The notes: generated from the letters alone by a model not told the origin. A stretch of 41,544 nucleotides of DNA from Clostridia bacterium (GCA_017630915.1 JAGBUH010000115.1:1-41544), one strand, 5' to 3'. Numbered from the stretch's first letter, positions 1-9,483 are shown. Made by a program: numbers and translations.

Positions 1-33
1 CATTTTTTACATACAAAATATGCTGTTCTTATA

Positions 34-62
34 TTGACAAAACAATATATTGTGTGTATAAT
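34..62 (+). promoter_or_regulatory. sigma-A promoter of pfl operon
   Basis: TTGACA (34-39), 17-bp spacer, TATAAT (57-62): perfect consensus immediately upstream of the riboswitch. Confidence 0.9.
40..55. promoter_or_regulatory. NrdR-box-like palindromic operator
   Basis: AAACAATATATTGTGT matches the NrdR consensus acaCwAtATaTwGtgt at 15/16 and fills the -35/-10 spacer. Confidence 0.55.
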
Positions 63-71
63 ATCAATAGA

Positions 72-145
72 GCTTTTACATAACTGACGGATTGTGCGGA
101 TAACCGCATGGGAATGTAAAAGTATATTGCCGACCGTCTGGGCAA
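72..145 (+). ncRNA. ZMP/ZTP (pfl motif) riboswitch aptamer
   Basis: P1 CTTTTACAT(73-81)/ATGTAAAAG(114-122); P2 GTGCGG(94-99)/CCGCAT(104-109); P3 TTGCC(127-131)/GGCAA(141-145); pseudoknot GACGG(86-90)/CCGTC(134-138); hallmark GCCGACCGTCTGGGCA; lies upstream of pfl. Confidence 0.95.
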
Positions 146-178
146 ATCAGTATAAAAGCTGGTTTGCCTTTTGTTTTT
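141..178 (+). terminator. Riboswitch expression-platform intrinsic terminator
   Basis: GGCAAATCAG(141-150)/CTGGTTTGCC(159-168) stem plus TTTTGTTTTT tract; the 5' arm overlaps P3, so the two structures are mutually exclusive. Confidence 0.9.
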
Positions 179-198
179 ATGAATGTGAGGTATTAGAC

Positions 199-2430
199 AT
201 GGAACATAAGAATTGGAACGGATTTAAAAAAGGAATATGGCAAGAAGAAATAAATGTTCGCGACTTTATTCAAACGAACTATAAAGAGTATGTTGGTGAC
301 GCATCTTTTCTCGCTGACGCTACACCGAGAACAAAGGCATTGATGGTTAAACTTCAAGCGCTTTTTGAACTTGAACGTCAACAAGGCGGTGTTTTAGATA
401 TCGATACTGCTACCGTTTCGTCACTTACAAGTTATCTCCCCGGATATATTGATAAAGAGAACGAAATTATTGTCGGTTTACAAACAAACCGTCCGTTAAA
501 GCGCGGTGTTAATCCCTTTGGCGGCATGCGTATGGCTAAACAGGCATGCGAAGCTTATGGATATAAATTGAGCAGTAAGATTGAAGAAGAATTTAAATTC
601 CGCACTACTCATAATGACGGTGTTTTCCGCGCCTATACAGAAGAAATGCGTGCAGCGAGAAAGAGCCATGTAATTACCGGTTTGCCCGATGCTTACGGTA
701 GAGGAAGAATCATTGGCGACTACCGTCGTGTTGCGCTTTATGGTGTTGAAAAACTTATCGCTGAAAAGAAAAAAGATAAGGCTAATCTTGCGAACGAAAA
801 TTTTAACGTTGACACCGTTCGTCTTGACGAGGAATTGTATCAACAAATTGCATTTCTTGGTTATATGAAAGAAATGGCAGCGATGTACGGATTTGATATC
901 AGTGAACCTGCATCAAACGCACGCGAGGCAATTCAGTGGACCTATTTTGCCTATCTTGCCGCCATAAAGGAACAAAACGGTGCGGCTATGTCTTTGGGTA
1001 GGGTGAGCTCTTTCTTCGATATCTATTTTGAACGTGATATCGAAAACGGTATTCTTACCGAAGAAGGCGCACAAGAGATTATGGACGATTTTGTCATAAA
1101 ACTTCGTGCGGCACGTCATCTCCGTACGCCCGAATATAACGAACTCTTTGGTGGTGACCCGATGTGGATTACCGAAGCGGTCGGAGGCATGGGTGAAGAC
1201 GGTAGGACACTTGTAACCAAGAGCAGTTACCGTGTGCTTAACACACTCTATACGCTCGGTTCTTCTCCCGAACCCAATCTTACGGTTTTGTGGTCAAACT
1301 CGCTTCCTGAACCGTTTAAACAATTCTGTGCAAAGGTTTCGATTGATACTGACTCGATTCAGTACGAAAACGATGATATAATGCGTCCTGTATACGGTGA
1401 CGATTATGCAATCGCTTGTTGCGTGTCGGCTATGAAGATTGGAAAGCAGATGCAATTCTTCGGTGCGAGATGTAACCTTGCAAAACTTCTGTTGATTGCA
1501 ATTAACGGCGGCTATGACGCCGACAGTGGTATTCATATCGGACCTCAAATGTCTGTAATGGATGTTGATAAACTTGATTACGATGAACTTGTGTCGAGAT
1601 TCGATATTTACGTCGCTTGGCTTACGCGTTTATATGTAAACACTATGAACGTTATTCACTATATGCACGATAAATATGCCTATGAAAAAACTCAAATGGC
1701 GTTGCATGATACAAATGTCGGCAGATTCATGGCTTTCGGTATTGCAGGACTTTCGGTAGTTGCCGATTCGTTGAGCGCGATTAAGTATGCATCTGTTCGT
1801 CCTATTAAAGATGAAAACGGTTTTGTAACTTCTTTTGAAACCGTTGGCGAATTTCCTAAATACGGTAACGATGACGACAGAGTTGACCTTATCGCCAAGG
1901 ATATGGCACATAAGTTCATTACTGAACTTCGCAAAACGCCGACTTACCGTAATGCGGAACATACACTTTCGGTGCTCACCATTACTTCGAACGTTGCTTA
2001 CGGCAAAAATACAGGCGCTACTCCCGACGGCAGAGGTGCCGGGGAACCGTTCGCTCCGGGTGCGAATCCGATGCACAACCGTGAGGAAAACGGCGCTCTT
2101 GCTTCGCTCAATTCGGTTGCTAAAATCAGCTATGACGATTGCCGCGACGGTATATCAAATACTTTTTCTATCACACCCGATGCTTTGGGCAAAGATGATA
2201 ACGAGCGAATTTCGAATTTGGTGACTATTCTTGATGGCTATTTCAAGAAAAAAGCACATCATATCAATGTCAACGTAATGAATCGCGAAACATTGTTAAA
2301 AGCATACGAAAATCCTGAGGCATATCCTAACCTTACTATTCGCGTTTCGGGTTATGCGGTTAATTTCTGCAAACTTTCGCGTGAACAACAACGTGAAGTT
2401 ATCAGCAGAACCTTCCACGAATGTGTATGA
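199..2430 (+). CDS. pflB: Pyruvate formate-lyase (formate C-acetyltransferase)
   Basis: [23 protein letters not shown] (Cys-Cys active site), RVSGYAV (glycyl radical); start moved from 94 to ATG 199, which follows a GAGGT RBS. Confidence 0.97.
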   Translation: MEHKNWNGFKKGIWQEEINVRDFIQTNYKEYVGDASFLADATPRTKALMVKLQALFELERQQGGVLDIDTATVSSLTSYLPGYIDKENEIIVGLQTNRPLKRGVNPFGGMRMAKQACEAYGYKLSSKIEEEFKFRTTHNDGVFRAYTEEMRAARKSHVITGLPDAYGRGRIIGDYRRVALYGVEKLIAEKKKDKANLANENFNVDTVRLDEELYQQIAFLGYMKEMAAMYGFDISEPASNAREAIQWTYFAYLAAIKEQNGAAMSLGRVSSFFDIYFERDIENGILTEEGAQEIMDDFVIKLRAARHLRTPEYNELFGGDPMWITEAVGGMGEDGRTLVTKSSYRVLNTLYTLGSSPEPNLTVLWSNSLPEPFKQFCAKVSIDTDSIQYENDDIMRPVYGDDYAIACCVSAMKIGKQMQFFGARCNLAKLLLIAINGGYDADSGIHIGPQMSVMDVDKLDYDELVSRFDIYVAWLTRLYVNTMNVIHYMHDKYAYEKTQMALHDTNVGRFMAFGIAGLSVVADSLSAIKYASVRPIKDENGFVTSFETVGEFPKYGNDDDRVDLIAKDMAHKFITELRKTPTYRNAEHTLSVLTITSNVAYGKNTGATPDGRGAGEPFAPGANPMHNREENGALASLNSVAKISYDDCRDGISNTFSITPDALGKDDNERISNLVTILDGYFKKKAHHINVNVMNRETLLKAYENPEAYPNLTIRVSGYAVNFCKLSREQQREVISRTFHECV

Positions 2431-3131
2431 TAAAAGGTAGAGTTCATTCTTTTCAATCGCTTGGTACGGTTGACGGCCCGGGTGTTCGATTTGTTGTTTT
2501 TTTGCAAGGCTGTAATCTTCGTTGCGGTTGTTGTCACAATCCTGACACATGGAAAATTGATGACGGTAAAGTTTATTCATCTGACGATGTAGTCAATCGT
2601 GCCCTTCGATATAAAGAATACTTTGGTATTGAAGGTGGAATAACTGTTTCAGGCGGAGAACCCTTACTTCAAGCGGAGTTTGTGACTGAGTTGTTTCATA
2701 AGTGTCATGAAAACGGAATCAATACATGCCTTGATACATCGGGAAGTTTGATGAACGACAATATTAAAAAGCTTCTAACAGTAACCGACAGAGTGTTGCT
2801 TGATATTAAATATACCAATGATGAATCATATCAAAAATACGTCGGTTGCAGTATTGATAAACCGCTTAGCTTTTTGTCGTATCTTCAAAATATGAATATA
2901 CCAACGACTTTGAGGTATGTTGTTATTCCAACGCTTAACGATAACAAAGAGAGCGTTTTGAGGTTAAAAGAAATCGCACAAGCACATAGTTCCGTTGACA
3001 AAATCGAATTACTGCCTTTTAGAAAAATATGTCGGGTCAAGTATGACGATTTAGGGATTCCGTTCCGTTTTGCATCTATTCCCGAACCCCAAAAAGAAGA
3101 AATGGATCTTTTGAACAGTATACTGAAATAA
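2427..3131 (+). CDS. pflA: PFL-activating enzyme (radical SAM)
   Basis: [30 protein letters not shown] (CxxxCxxC), SGGEPLLQ; ATGA overlap with the pflB stop (alternative start 2421). Confidence 0.95.
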   Translation: MIKGRVHSFQSLGTVDGPGVRFVVFLQGCNLRCGCCHNPDTWKIDDGKVYSSDDVVNRALRYKEYFGIEGGITVSGGEPLLQAEFVTELFHKCHENGINTCLDTSGSLMNDNIKKLLTVTDRVLLDIKYTNDESYQKYVGCSIDKPLSFLSYLQNMNIPTTLRYVVIPTLNDNKESVLRLKEIAQAHSSVDKIELLPFRKICRVKYDDLGIPFRFASIPEPQKEEMDLLNSILK

Positions 3132-3167
3132 AAAAACGACGGTTGGTATAAAGCCAACCGTCTATTT
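3131..3167. terminator. Bidirectional intrinsic terminator between pflA and the CapA-family gene
   Basis: GACGGTTGG(3138-3146)/CCAACCGTC(3154-3162), with an A-tract on the left and TATTT on the right. Confidence 0.85.
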
Positions 3168-3170
3168 ACG

Positions 3171-4517
3171 TTATCTAAACTCTTCGGGAAGGAATTCCGC
3201 AGGAATATATTTGACCAACGTGTCGGTTAATGTTTGTTTTGAAAATTTGCCGTTTATAAGTGTTGTTCCGTGCGCAAGTTCATAAATACATACGCCGTGC
3301 GTTTCCGCTTGTTCTTGTGTATAATCTGATAAATAGCAAATTTTGAAATTTCTAAAACCTGTGTCATCAAAAGCAACTGCACTTTTTTTTTCGTAATGGG
3401 TTACAATCGGAATAAATAATGGGTTTTCGATACTAATAGCACCTGTTTCACCGTTTTTTACTATGTCAAGCGAAAGCATACCTGCAAGCATGTTCATACC
3501 GCCGACCATACCCGAAACAAAGTTCCCGAGAGAATAGACAACCAAGGTTTTCTTGCCGCTAACCGATGTCATCCATTCCATAGGTTGAATAACGTGAGGA
3601 TGCATACCGAGAACTACATCAACACCGAGTTCGCACATAAGTGTTGCATATTTCTTTTGCTCGCTGTTGACTCCAAAAGTATCTTCATAACCCCAATGGC
3701 AAGATGCAATTATAACGTCCGCAACTTGCTTGGCTAGTGCGACCTGCTTTTTAATAAGTGACTCGTTGAAAGTTGGTATAACAAATTGACTGTTTTGTGG
3801 AAGTGGAATTCCATTTGTGCCGTATGTGTAGGAAAGAAATGCGATTTTAATACCTTCGCGTTCGATAACGGTAATATTTTCGGTTGACGCTTCGTCGGGA
3901 TAATAACCAATAACATCAACACCTTTTTCTTCAAAAACTTTGTTGCAGTTTTCAAGATAGCGTGTATCACCCGAGTCAAGCATGTGGTTATGCGCAACAT
4001 TTACGATATCAAAACCGAGGTCAATAACCTTATCAGCAAGAGGTTTGGGCGAATTGAAGCAGGGGTAACCGCTGATTACACCACTTGTACCACCAATAAG
4101 TGTTTCCTGGTTTATATATGCAATGTCAGCGTTTTTTATTTCATCGGAAACGTTTTCGTAAATATAATTAAAATCATATTTGGCATTATGCAAATCCGAA
4201 TAATCTGTTTTTCTGTTATCATTTCTTGCCGCGCGTTCCAACGCGTCATAGTAAACAGAGGGATGAAAAATATTGTCGGGACAAGCAAGAAAACTCAGAA
4301 CAACATCTTGCGGTACAATACTCTCTTCTTCGGAGGATTCGCTAACAATAAAGTCTGATGAAATATTTTCGCTTTGTTGGGAATATACCTCAGAATTTTC
4401 TATCGAAATTACAGAAGTATTATCGGTAGGAATTTCGGTGCTACAAGACGAAACAAACGGGATTATTAAAAACAGTGAAAGAATAAGTGCTGTTGTTTTT
4501 AAGAATATTTGTGACAT
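3171..4517 (-). CDS. CapA-family (PGA_cap) metallophosphatase-like lipoprotein
   Basis: Lipobox SSC after a hydrophobic N-terminus, Ser/Glu linker, motifs NQET, AHNH, HWGYE, GMHPHV, YSLGNF. Confidence 0.88.
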   Translation of the reverse strand: MSQIFLKTTALILSLFLIIPFVSSCSTEIPTDNTSVISIENSEVYSQQSENISSDFIVSESSEEESIVPQDVVLSFLACPDNIFHPSVYYDALERAARNDNRKTDYSDLHNAKYDFNYIYENVSDEIKNADIAYINQETLIGGTSGVISGYPCFNSPKPLADKVIDLGFDIVNVAHNHMLDSGDTRYLENCNKVFEEKGVDVIGYYPDEASTENITVIEREGIKIAFLSYTYGTNGIPLPQNSQFVIPTFNESLIKKQVALAKQVADVIIASCHWGYEDTFGVNSEQKKYATLMCELGVDVVLGMHPHVIQPMEWMTSVSGKKTLVVYSLGNFVSGMVGGMNMLAGMLSLDIVKNGETGAISIENPLFIPIVTHYEKKSAVAFDDTGFRNFKICYLSDYTQEQAETHGVCIYELAHGTTLINGKFSKQTLTDTLVKYIPAEFLPEEFR

Positions 4518-4615
4518 GATTCAACCGCCTTTTATTTATTACAGGAATATTATAATACTTTTTAAAATATTATCAATAGTTTATATCATAAATTATAATG
4601 AAAAAACTCAAATGC

Positions 4616-4644
4616 TTGACAATACAATTAAAAGAATATATAAT
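4616..4644 (+). promoter_or_regulatory. sigma-A promoter
   Basis: TTGACA(4616-4621)-17 bp-TATAAT(4639-4644). Confidence 0.85.
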
Positions 4645-4667
4645 ATAGTAATATAAAGGAGATTGAA

Positions 4668-4871
4668 ATGGAAAAAAACTTTTTAAATATAATTGCATCT
4701 TTAAGCAAGTGGGTTATGGGGACAAAGATATCCACCTTCCTCGTTCTACAAGATTCGAATATTTGGAAGATTGGCTTTATATCTGTGTGCTTTTTGATTA
4801 TTATATCTGCAATAATTGTTTTACTTATAAAAATTAAAATGACTGAAAAAAAGAAGAGGGAAAGAAAATGA
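4668..4871 (+). CDS. Small single-pass membrane protein (67 aa), hypothetical
   Basis: AAGGAG RBS directly after a consensus promoter; one hydrophobic segment plus a KKKRERK tail; stop overlaps the next ATG. Confidence 0.6.
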   Translation: MEKNFLNIIASLSKWVMGTKISTFLVLQDSNIWKIGFISVCFLIIISAIIVLLIKIKMTEKKKRERK

Positions 4872-5767
4872 AAAAGACATTTGTTTTTATCTTTACGCTT
4901 ATGTTTATGATTTTATCGTGTGTTAATGTTTTGGCAGAAAGTAATGTTGATGCATCACTTGACGTTAGCTATTCTTACAACACCGAAACCGAAAGAATTG
5001 CAATTTCTGCTTTTTTGGTTGATATTAAGGCAGAAGAAGGCATTATAAGTGTGGAATATGATATAAAATACGATCCTAATGTTCTAAAACTTGTAAAAGC
5101 CGAAGCGGCTTATCCCGAAAGATGGGATAATTATATTAAAAACGGCTCCATTGAAGATTTATCGTATGATCAAGGAGGAGGCGTTTATAGTTGGATTTTT
5201 GTTGTAGCTCCTGTCGGAATCGGTATCACTGAAGATAATGAACTTGGCATCAATCTTGAATTTGAACCTATAAAAAAAGAAACTACCAAAGTTGAATTGC
5301 AATATAAGCATTTGTTAAGCGAAGAAACCGAAAACGGTATGGCAATTGATATGTTTGATATTTCTGGTAGCAACGCAACGATAAATATCAACTTTGATAA
5401 ACCTGCTGAACCTGATATTGAAAAAAGCGATATTTCTATTCAAGACCCAAACTCTTCCGAATCTGTAAATTCCGAAGGTACTTCTTCTGAATCAAGTTAT
5501 GTTCCGCCTATATCAAATGATCCTATAACAAGCGGGGATGCAAGCGGTGATAATTGGCCCTGGGATAGCGACGAGATGATTGTCATGCCGTCTATTGATG
5601 TTGAAATTAGTGCCGCGAATGGTAGTGAGATGAATGTTTCTTCTGCTGACAGTGCGGGTGAAGAAGATGCAAACGGTTGGTTGGTTTGGGCACTTGTTGG
5701 TGTTGGCGTTGTTGCTGTTGTAATAGCAACTGTTGTTATTATGAAATCCAAAAGAGGCAATAAATGA
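4868..5767 (+). CDS. Membrane-anchored cohesin-like surface protein
   Basis: Signal peptide; beta-sandwich-type domain with cohesin-like GIISVEYDIKYDPNVLKLV and ITEDNELGINLEF; Ser-rich linker; C-terminal TM helix plus KSKRGNK tail. Confidence 0.7.
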   Translation: MKKTFVFIFTLMFMILSCVNVLAESNVDASLDVSYSYNTETERIAISAFLVDIKAEEGIISVEYDIKYDPNVLKLVKAEAAYPERWDNYIKNGSIEDLSYDQGGGVYSWIFVVAPVGIGITEDNELGINLEFEPIKKETTKVELQYKHLLSEETENGMAIDMFDISGSNATININFDKPAEPDIEKSDISIQDPNSSESVNSEGTSSESSYVPPISNDPITSGDASGDNWPWDSDEMIVMPSIDVEISAANGSEMNVSSADSAGEEDANGWLVWALVGVGVVAVVIATVVIMKSKRGNK

Positions 5768-6372
5768 TTAAATTCATACGAGAAAATAGTGGTATTATTG
5801 TCAAATTTATGCTTACGCATCTTGTAATGTCGTTGCTTGGTTTGATGGTAGGTCTTGCTGTGCTTACCCTCGAAAGCGAAACGGTTGGTATCAGTTCTAT
5901 CGCTTTGATTGCAAGCGCATTTACAATCGGTTTGATGTGTTTTATGCACTATGATGATTCTTTTTTCTGCGCAGTTAAAGAGGGTATACAATTACGCGGC
6001 GAAGGCAAAAGGCCCGATACTTTCAAAGGCTTAAAAATTGCTTTGATTGGTTATTCGCCTGTGATTTTAATCGGCCTTGTCGCCGTCGGTGTTGTGATTT
6101 TTACTCCCGAGGGGCATGATGCCACGCCAATCCCCTTATTGCTCTTCTATTTCTGTCAAGGTAGTTTTTTGTGTTTATATAAACTTATCGATTATATTGG
6201 TATTATTGGTTATATCCTTGTTACTTTGTTGCCTGCGATAATATCGAGTACACTTGGATATGCAATCGGATCAAAAGACAAAACCTTACGCGGTATGTTA
6301 GGCATGAACGTGAAACCTCCGTTTGACGGGCCTTTGGAAAGAAAGCCCAAGAATAGAGATAAAGACGAATAG
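5764..6372 (+). CDS. Hypothetical multi-pass membrane protein
   Basis: 202-aa ORF with about 5 hydrophobic segments, translationally coupled (ATGA) to the upstream gene. Confidence 0.8.
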   Translation: MIKFIRENSGIIVKFMLTHLVMSLLGLMVGLAVLTLESETVGISSIALIASAFTIGLMCFMHYDDSFFCAVKEGIQLRGEGKRPDTFKGLKIALIGYSPVILIGLVAVGVVIFTPEGHDATPIPLLLFYFCQGSFLCLYKLIDYIGIIGYILVTLLPAIISSTLGYAIGSKDKTLRGMLGMNVKPPFDGPLERKPKNRDKDE

Positions 6373-6395
6373 CAAACGTTTAGTTTTCATATAAT
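6367..6395 (+). promoter_or_regulatory. Candidate sigma-E (mother-cell sporulation) promoter of cwlD
   Basis: GAATAGC(6367-6373)-14 bp-CATATAAT(6388-6395) fits the sigE consensus kmATAww-N14-CATAcaaT. Confidence 0.6.
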
Positions 6396-6424
6396 CTTAC
6401 AAAATTGTTTTATGTGAGGTTTAT

Positions 6425-7168
6425 ATGAAAACTACTGTTTATAAGGAAGCGCGAATAAGTATATATATACTTGCATTTGTTATAGCAGCGACTTTGCTGT
6501 TCTATATATTCGCATCTATGTTCACGTCGGTGGGATATAAAGGATTACGAAAGGCAAAGTCGGCAAATGCTGATGTCTATTCTGATGATATTACTATTAT
6601 TATTGATGCAGGACACGGCGGCGAAGATCCCGGTGCAGTTGATAATGGTTTAATTGAAAAGGAATTGAATTTAGATGTTGCGCTTGTTTTAAATAATATT
6701 CTCATATCTAACGGATATAAAACTGCTCTTACGCGTGATGAGGATATTCTTTTATATAGACAAGGCGAAGAAAATCGCAAAAAGCATTTTGATGTGCGAA
6801 ATAGAGTGGAGTTTGCCAACGAATTTGAAAAAGCTATTTTTGTTAGCATTCACATGAATAAGTTTCCAGCCACATATTGTCGCGGTTTGCAAACTTTTTA
6901 TTCGGAGAACAATGCACAAAGTAAAATATTTGCAGATTCAATACAAGAAAATTCGCGTTTGCTTCAAACCGATAATAAACGTCTTGTAAAATCCGGTAAC
7001 GAAACTATTTATCTTTTGGAAAACCTTGATATACCTGCTGTTTTGGTTGAGTGTGGTTTTCTATCTAATAAAGAAGAAGCCCAAAGGCTTTCTGATAAAG
7101 AATATCAAAAAGCACTTGCTTTTACAATCTATTGCGGACTTGTTGAATGTTTGGAGAAAATTGAATGA
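6425..7168 (+). CDS. cwlD: N-acetylmuramoyl-L-alanine amidase (Amidase_3), germination-specific CwlD-like
   Basis: N-terminal TM; IIIDAGHGGEDPGA, EKELNL, SIHMN, VECGFLSN..EA..L....YQ; sigE-type promoter upstream. Confidence 0.8.
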   Translation: MKTTVYKEARISIYILAFVIAATLLFYIFASMFTSVGYKGLRKAKSANADVYSDDITIIIDAGHGGEDPGAVDNGLIEKELNLDVALVLNNILISNGYKTALTRDEDILLYRQGEENRKKHFDVRNRVEFANEFEKAIFVSIHMNKFPATYCRGLQTFYSENNAQSKIFADSIQENSRLLQTDNKRLVKSGNETIYLLENLDIPAVLVECGFLSNKEEAQRLSDKEYQKALAFTIYCGLVECLEKIE

Positions 7169-8535
7169 AGACTGAATTTATATGCGAAAACTGTGGTTAC
7201 GTTGCTTCAAAATGGTATGGGCGTTGTCCTCAGTGTGGCGAATGGAATTGTTTTTCCGAACGTGAAAGCGAAGTTGCTGTATCGGTCAAAACAAAAAAAT
7301 CGCGTCCCAATAATTCAGCGACTACCGAAAAACCCAAATCTGCTCGTATTAAAGATATTTCATTCAATGAAAAGGAACGAACCGGTACGGGAATTGGCGA
7401 ATTTGACCGCGTACTTGGTGGTGGCATAGTCGCCGGATCGGTTGTTTTACTTTCGGGTGAACCGGGAATAGGGAAGTCTACCCTTTTGTTGCAGATATGC
7501 AGTCAACTTGGCAATCACGGCAAAGTTTTGTATATTACCGGTGAAGAATCATCGGCACAGATAAAGTTAAGATGTAGACGTCTTGGTGTTGATAACGATA
7601 ACGTATTTATTTTAAGCGAAAATAATATTGATAGTATCATAACGGAAATTAACACAATAGCTCCCGAAGTTGTAATTATCGACTCTATCCAAACTATGTA
7701 TGACGATAATTATCCTTCGTCGCAAGGTAGCGTTACACAAGTGCGGCAGTGTGCATTACGCCTTATCGGAAAAGCAAAGGAAGATGGTGTTTCAATGCTT
7801 TTGGTAGGGCATGTTAATAAAGAGGGTGCTATTGCAGGCCCCAAGGTGCTTGAACACATGGTTGACGCGGTTTTATATTTCGAGGGCGACAAACAACATG
7901 CGTACCGTATTGTGCGTGCCGAAAAGAACCGCTATGGTTCAACAAATGAAATCGGCGTTTTTGAAATGGGCGAGGAAGGTTTGACTGAAATAGAAAAACC
8001 TTCGGAAATGTTGCTCTCACAACGCCCCAAAGGTGTGCCTGGAAATTGTCCCGTTTGCGTGGTGGAGGGAAGTCGTCCCATTATTGCAGAAGTTCAATGT
8101 TTGGTCACTCCAACAGTATATCCAACGCCAAGAAGAATGTCATCAGGGATTGATTATAACCGTACAGCATTGTTGCTCGCAGTGCTCGAAAAACGCCTTG
8201 GTATGAAGTTTTCGTCACAAGACGTATATGTTAATGTGGCAGCAGGCATGCGTTTGATAGAGCCTGCTTGTGATGCCGCTTGCGCTATGGCGATGATATC
8301 GACATATAAAAACATACCGATTCCGGACGATTTGATTGTATTTGGCGAAATCGGACTTGCCGGTGAATGTAGATCAGTTTCGAATACCGGACAGCGCATA
8401 AACGAAGCGGTGCGTTTAGGATTTAAGAGAATTGCTTTGCCGTATCACTCGATAAAATCTATTAAGGCTGTCGAAGGTGTAAATATTATACCGCTTCGTG
8501 GCGTATTTGATTTACTAAAACTTTTAGACGAATAA
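7165..8535 (+). CDS. radA: DNA repair protein RadA/Sms
   Basis: N-terminal C4 zinc finger, GEPGIGKST Walker A, KNRYG motif, Lon-like C-terminal domain. Confidence 0.97.
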   Translation: MKTEFICENCGYVASKWYGRCPQCGEWNCFSERESEVAVSVKTKKSRPNNSATTEKPKSARIKDISFNEKERTGTGIGEFDRVLGGGIVAGSVVLLSGEPGIGKSTLLLQICSQLGNHGKVLYITGEESSAQIKLRCRRLGVDNDNVFILSENNIDSIITEINTIAPEVVIIDSIQTMYDDNYPSSQGSVTQVRQCALRLIGKAKEDGVSMLLVGHVNKEGAIAGPKVLEHMVDAVLYFEGDKQHAYRIVRAEKNRYGSTNEIGVFEMGEEGLTEIEKPSEMLLSQRPKGVPGNCPVCVVEGSRPIIAEVQCLVTPTVYPTPRRMSSGIDYNRTALLLAVLEKRLGMKFSSQDVYVNVAAGMRLIEPACDAACAMAMISTYKNIPIPDDLIVFGEIGLAGECRSVSNTGQRINEAVRLGFKRIALPYHSIKSIKAVEGVNIIPLRGVFDLLKLLDE

Positions 8536-8564
8536 ACGTTCATGATTTATTCCTATTTGATGTT

Positions 8565-9365
8565 ATGTTAAGAGAAAAGTATTGCGTACCTTTTTTGCCA
8601 CAAAATAAAGTCAAACGTGTGTTCGTGTCGGGGATAATGCCTCACGAACTTGTTGATGAACTTAAAAGTATGATGATAAAACCATACGTGCTTGGTAAAT
8701 CGAAGAATATGACCGGCGAACTTGCGTATCATCCTGATATATTAGTTAATAATTTTCGCAAGGGTTTTTGGCTTTGCGAAAATGATGCCGATTATCTTCC
8801 AAAAGGACTTCCGCCTAAATTATTTAGAGAATCTGAAACCGAACTGTCAAATTTATATCCGTTTGATTGTCCGTTCAATAATTTTCGCGCGGGACATGCC
8901 TTGGTATGCGGTAAAAGCGTTGATTATCTGATTAAAGCGTATGCTAATTATGAAGAATTGCTGAGTATATATGTTCCACAGAATTATGCAAAATGTTGTA
9001 CCGTGTTAGTTAATGAAAGCGCGGTTATAACAAGCGATTATTACATTGGAAAAACAATGCGAAAATATGGATACGATGTATTGACTATTACAGATAGTAA
9101 TGATATAGGTCTAAACGGATACAGTCACGGTTTAATTGGCGGTTGTGCAGGAAAAATCGCTGATAATCTTATAGCGTTTACCGGTGATTTGAATAAATAC
9201 CAATATGGTGAAGATATCAGATCTTTTTGTAATAATCATCATGTAGATGTAATGTCGCTTACAAATAAACCAATGTATGACTATGGTGGGATTCTTCCAA
9301 TAACAGAGATAACGTCAAATGTTGATGATGAAGATATCTCGGTAGAATTTATAACAGTTTCATAA
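8565..9365 (+). CDS. DUF6873-family (GME/amidinotransferase-like fold) protein
   Basis: LPQNKV, HPD, YP...FN, QNYAKC, ITSD, GYSHGLIGGCAG motifs; start uncertain (no clear RBS). Confidence 0.7.
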   Translation: MLREKYCVPFLPQNKVKRVFVSGIMPHELVDELKSMMIKPYVLGKSKNMTGELAYHPDILVNNFRKGFWLCENDADYLPKGLPPKLFRESETELSNLYPFDCPFNNFRAGHALVCGKSVDYLIKAYANYEELLSIYVPQNYAKCCTVLVNESAVITSDYYIGKTMRKYGYDVLTITDSNDIGLNGYSHGLIGGCAGKIADNLIAFTGDLNKYQYGEDIRSFCNNHHVDVMSLTNKPMYDYGGILPITEITSNVDDEDISVEFITVS

Positions 9366-9367
9366 AG

Positions 9368-9394
9368 AAAAAGACCTTATATGAGGTCTTTTTT
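9368..9394 (+). terminator. Intrinsic terminator
   Basis: AAGACCTT(9371-9378)/GAGGTCTT(9383-9390) hairpin plus T-tract immediately after the stop codon. Confidence 0.8.
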
Positions 9395-9413
9395 ATTTTA
9401 ATCCATTCCCTAT

Positions 9414-9441
9414 ATTGTATAAAATTTCTATTTTATACAAT
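9414..9441. repeat. Perfect 28-bp palindrome (11-6-11 geometry)
   Basis: ATTGTATAAAA-TTTCTA-TTTTATACAAT between convergent genes; the inverted repeat is certain, its function is unknown. Confidence 0.85.
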
Positions 9442-9483
9442 TGAGTATAAAATTTTGCAGGGAAAAGCTTACTCCCCATTTTT

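Noticed and set aside
94-198. 35-aa N-terminal extension of PFL from GTG 94
   Set aside because: Lies inside the riboswitch and terminator; ATG 199 has the RBS and gives a normal PFL N-terminus
3171-4517. Poly-gamma-glutamate capsule locus
   Set aside because: No capB/capC neighbours; an orphan CapA-family lipoprotein is common
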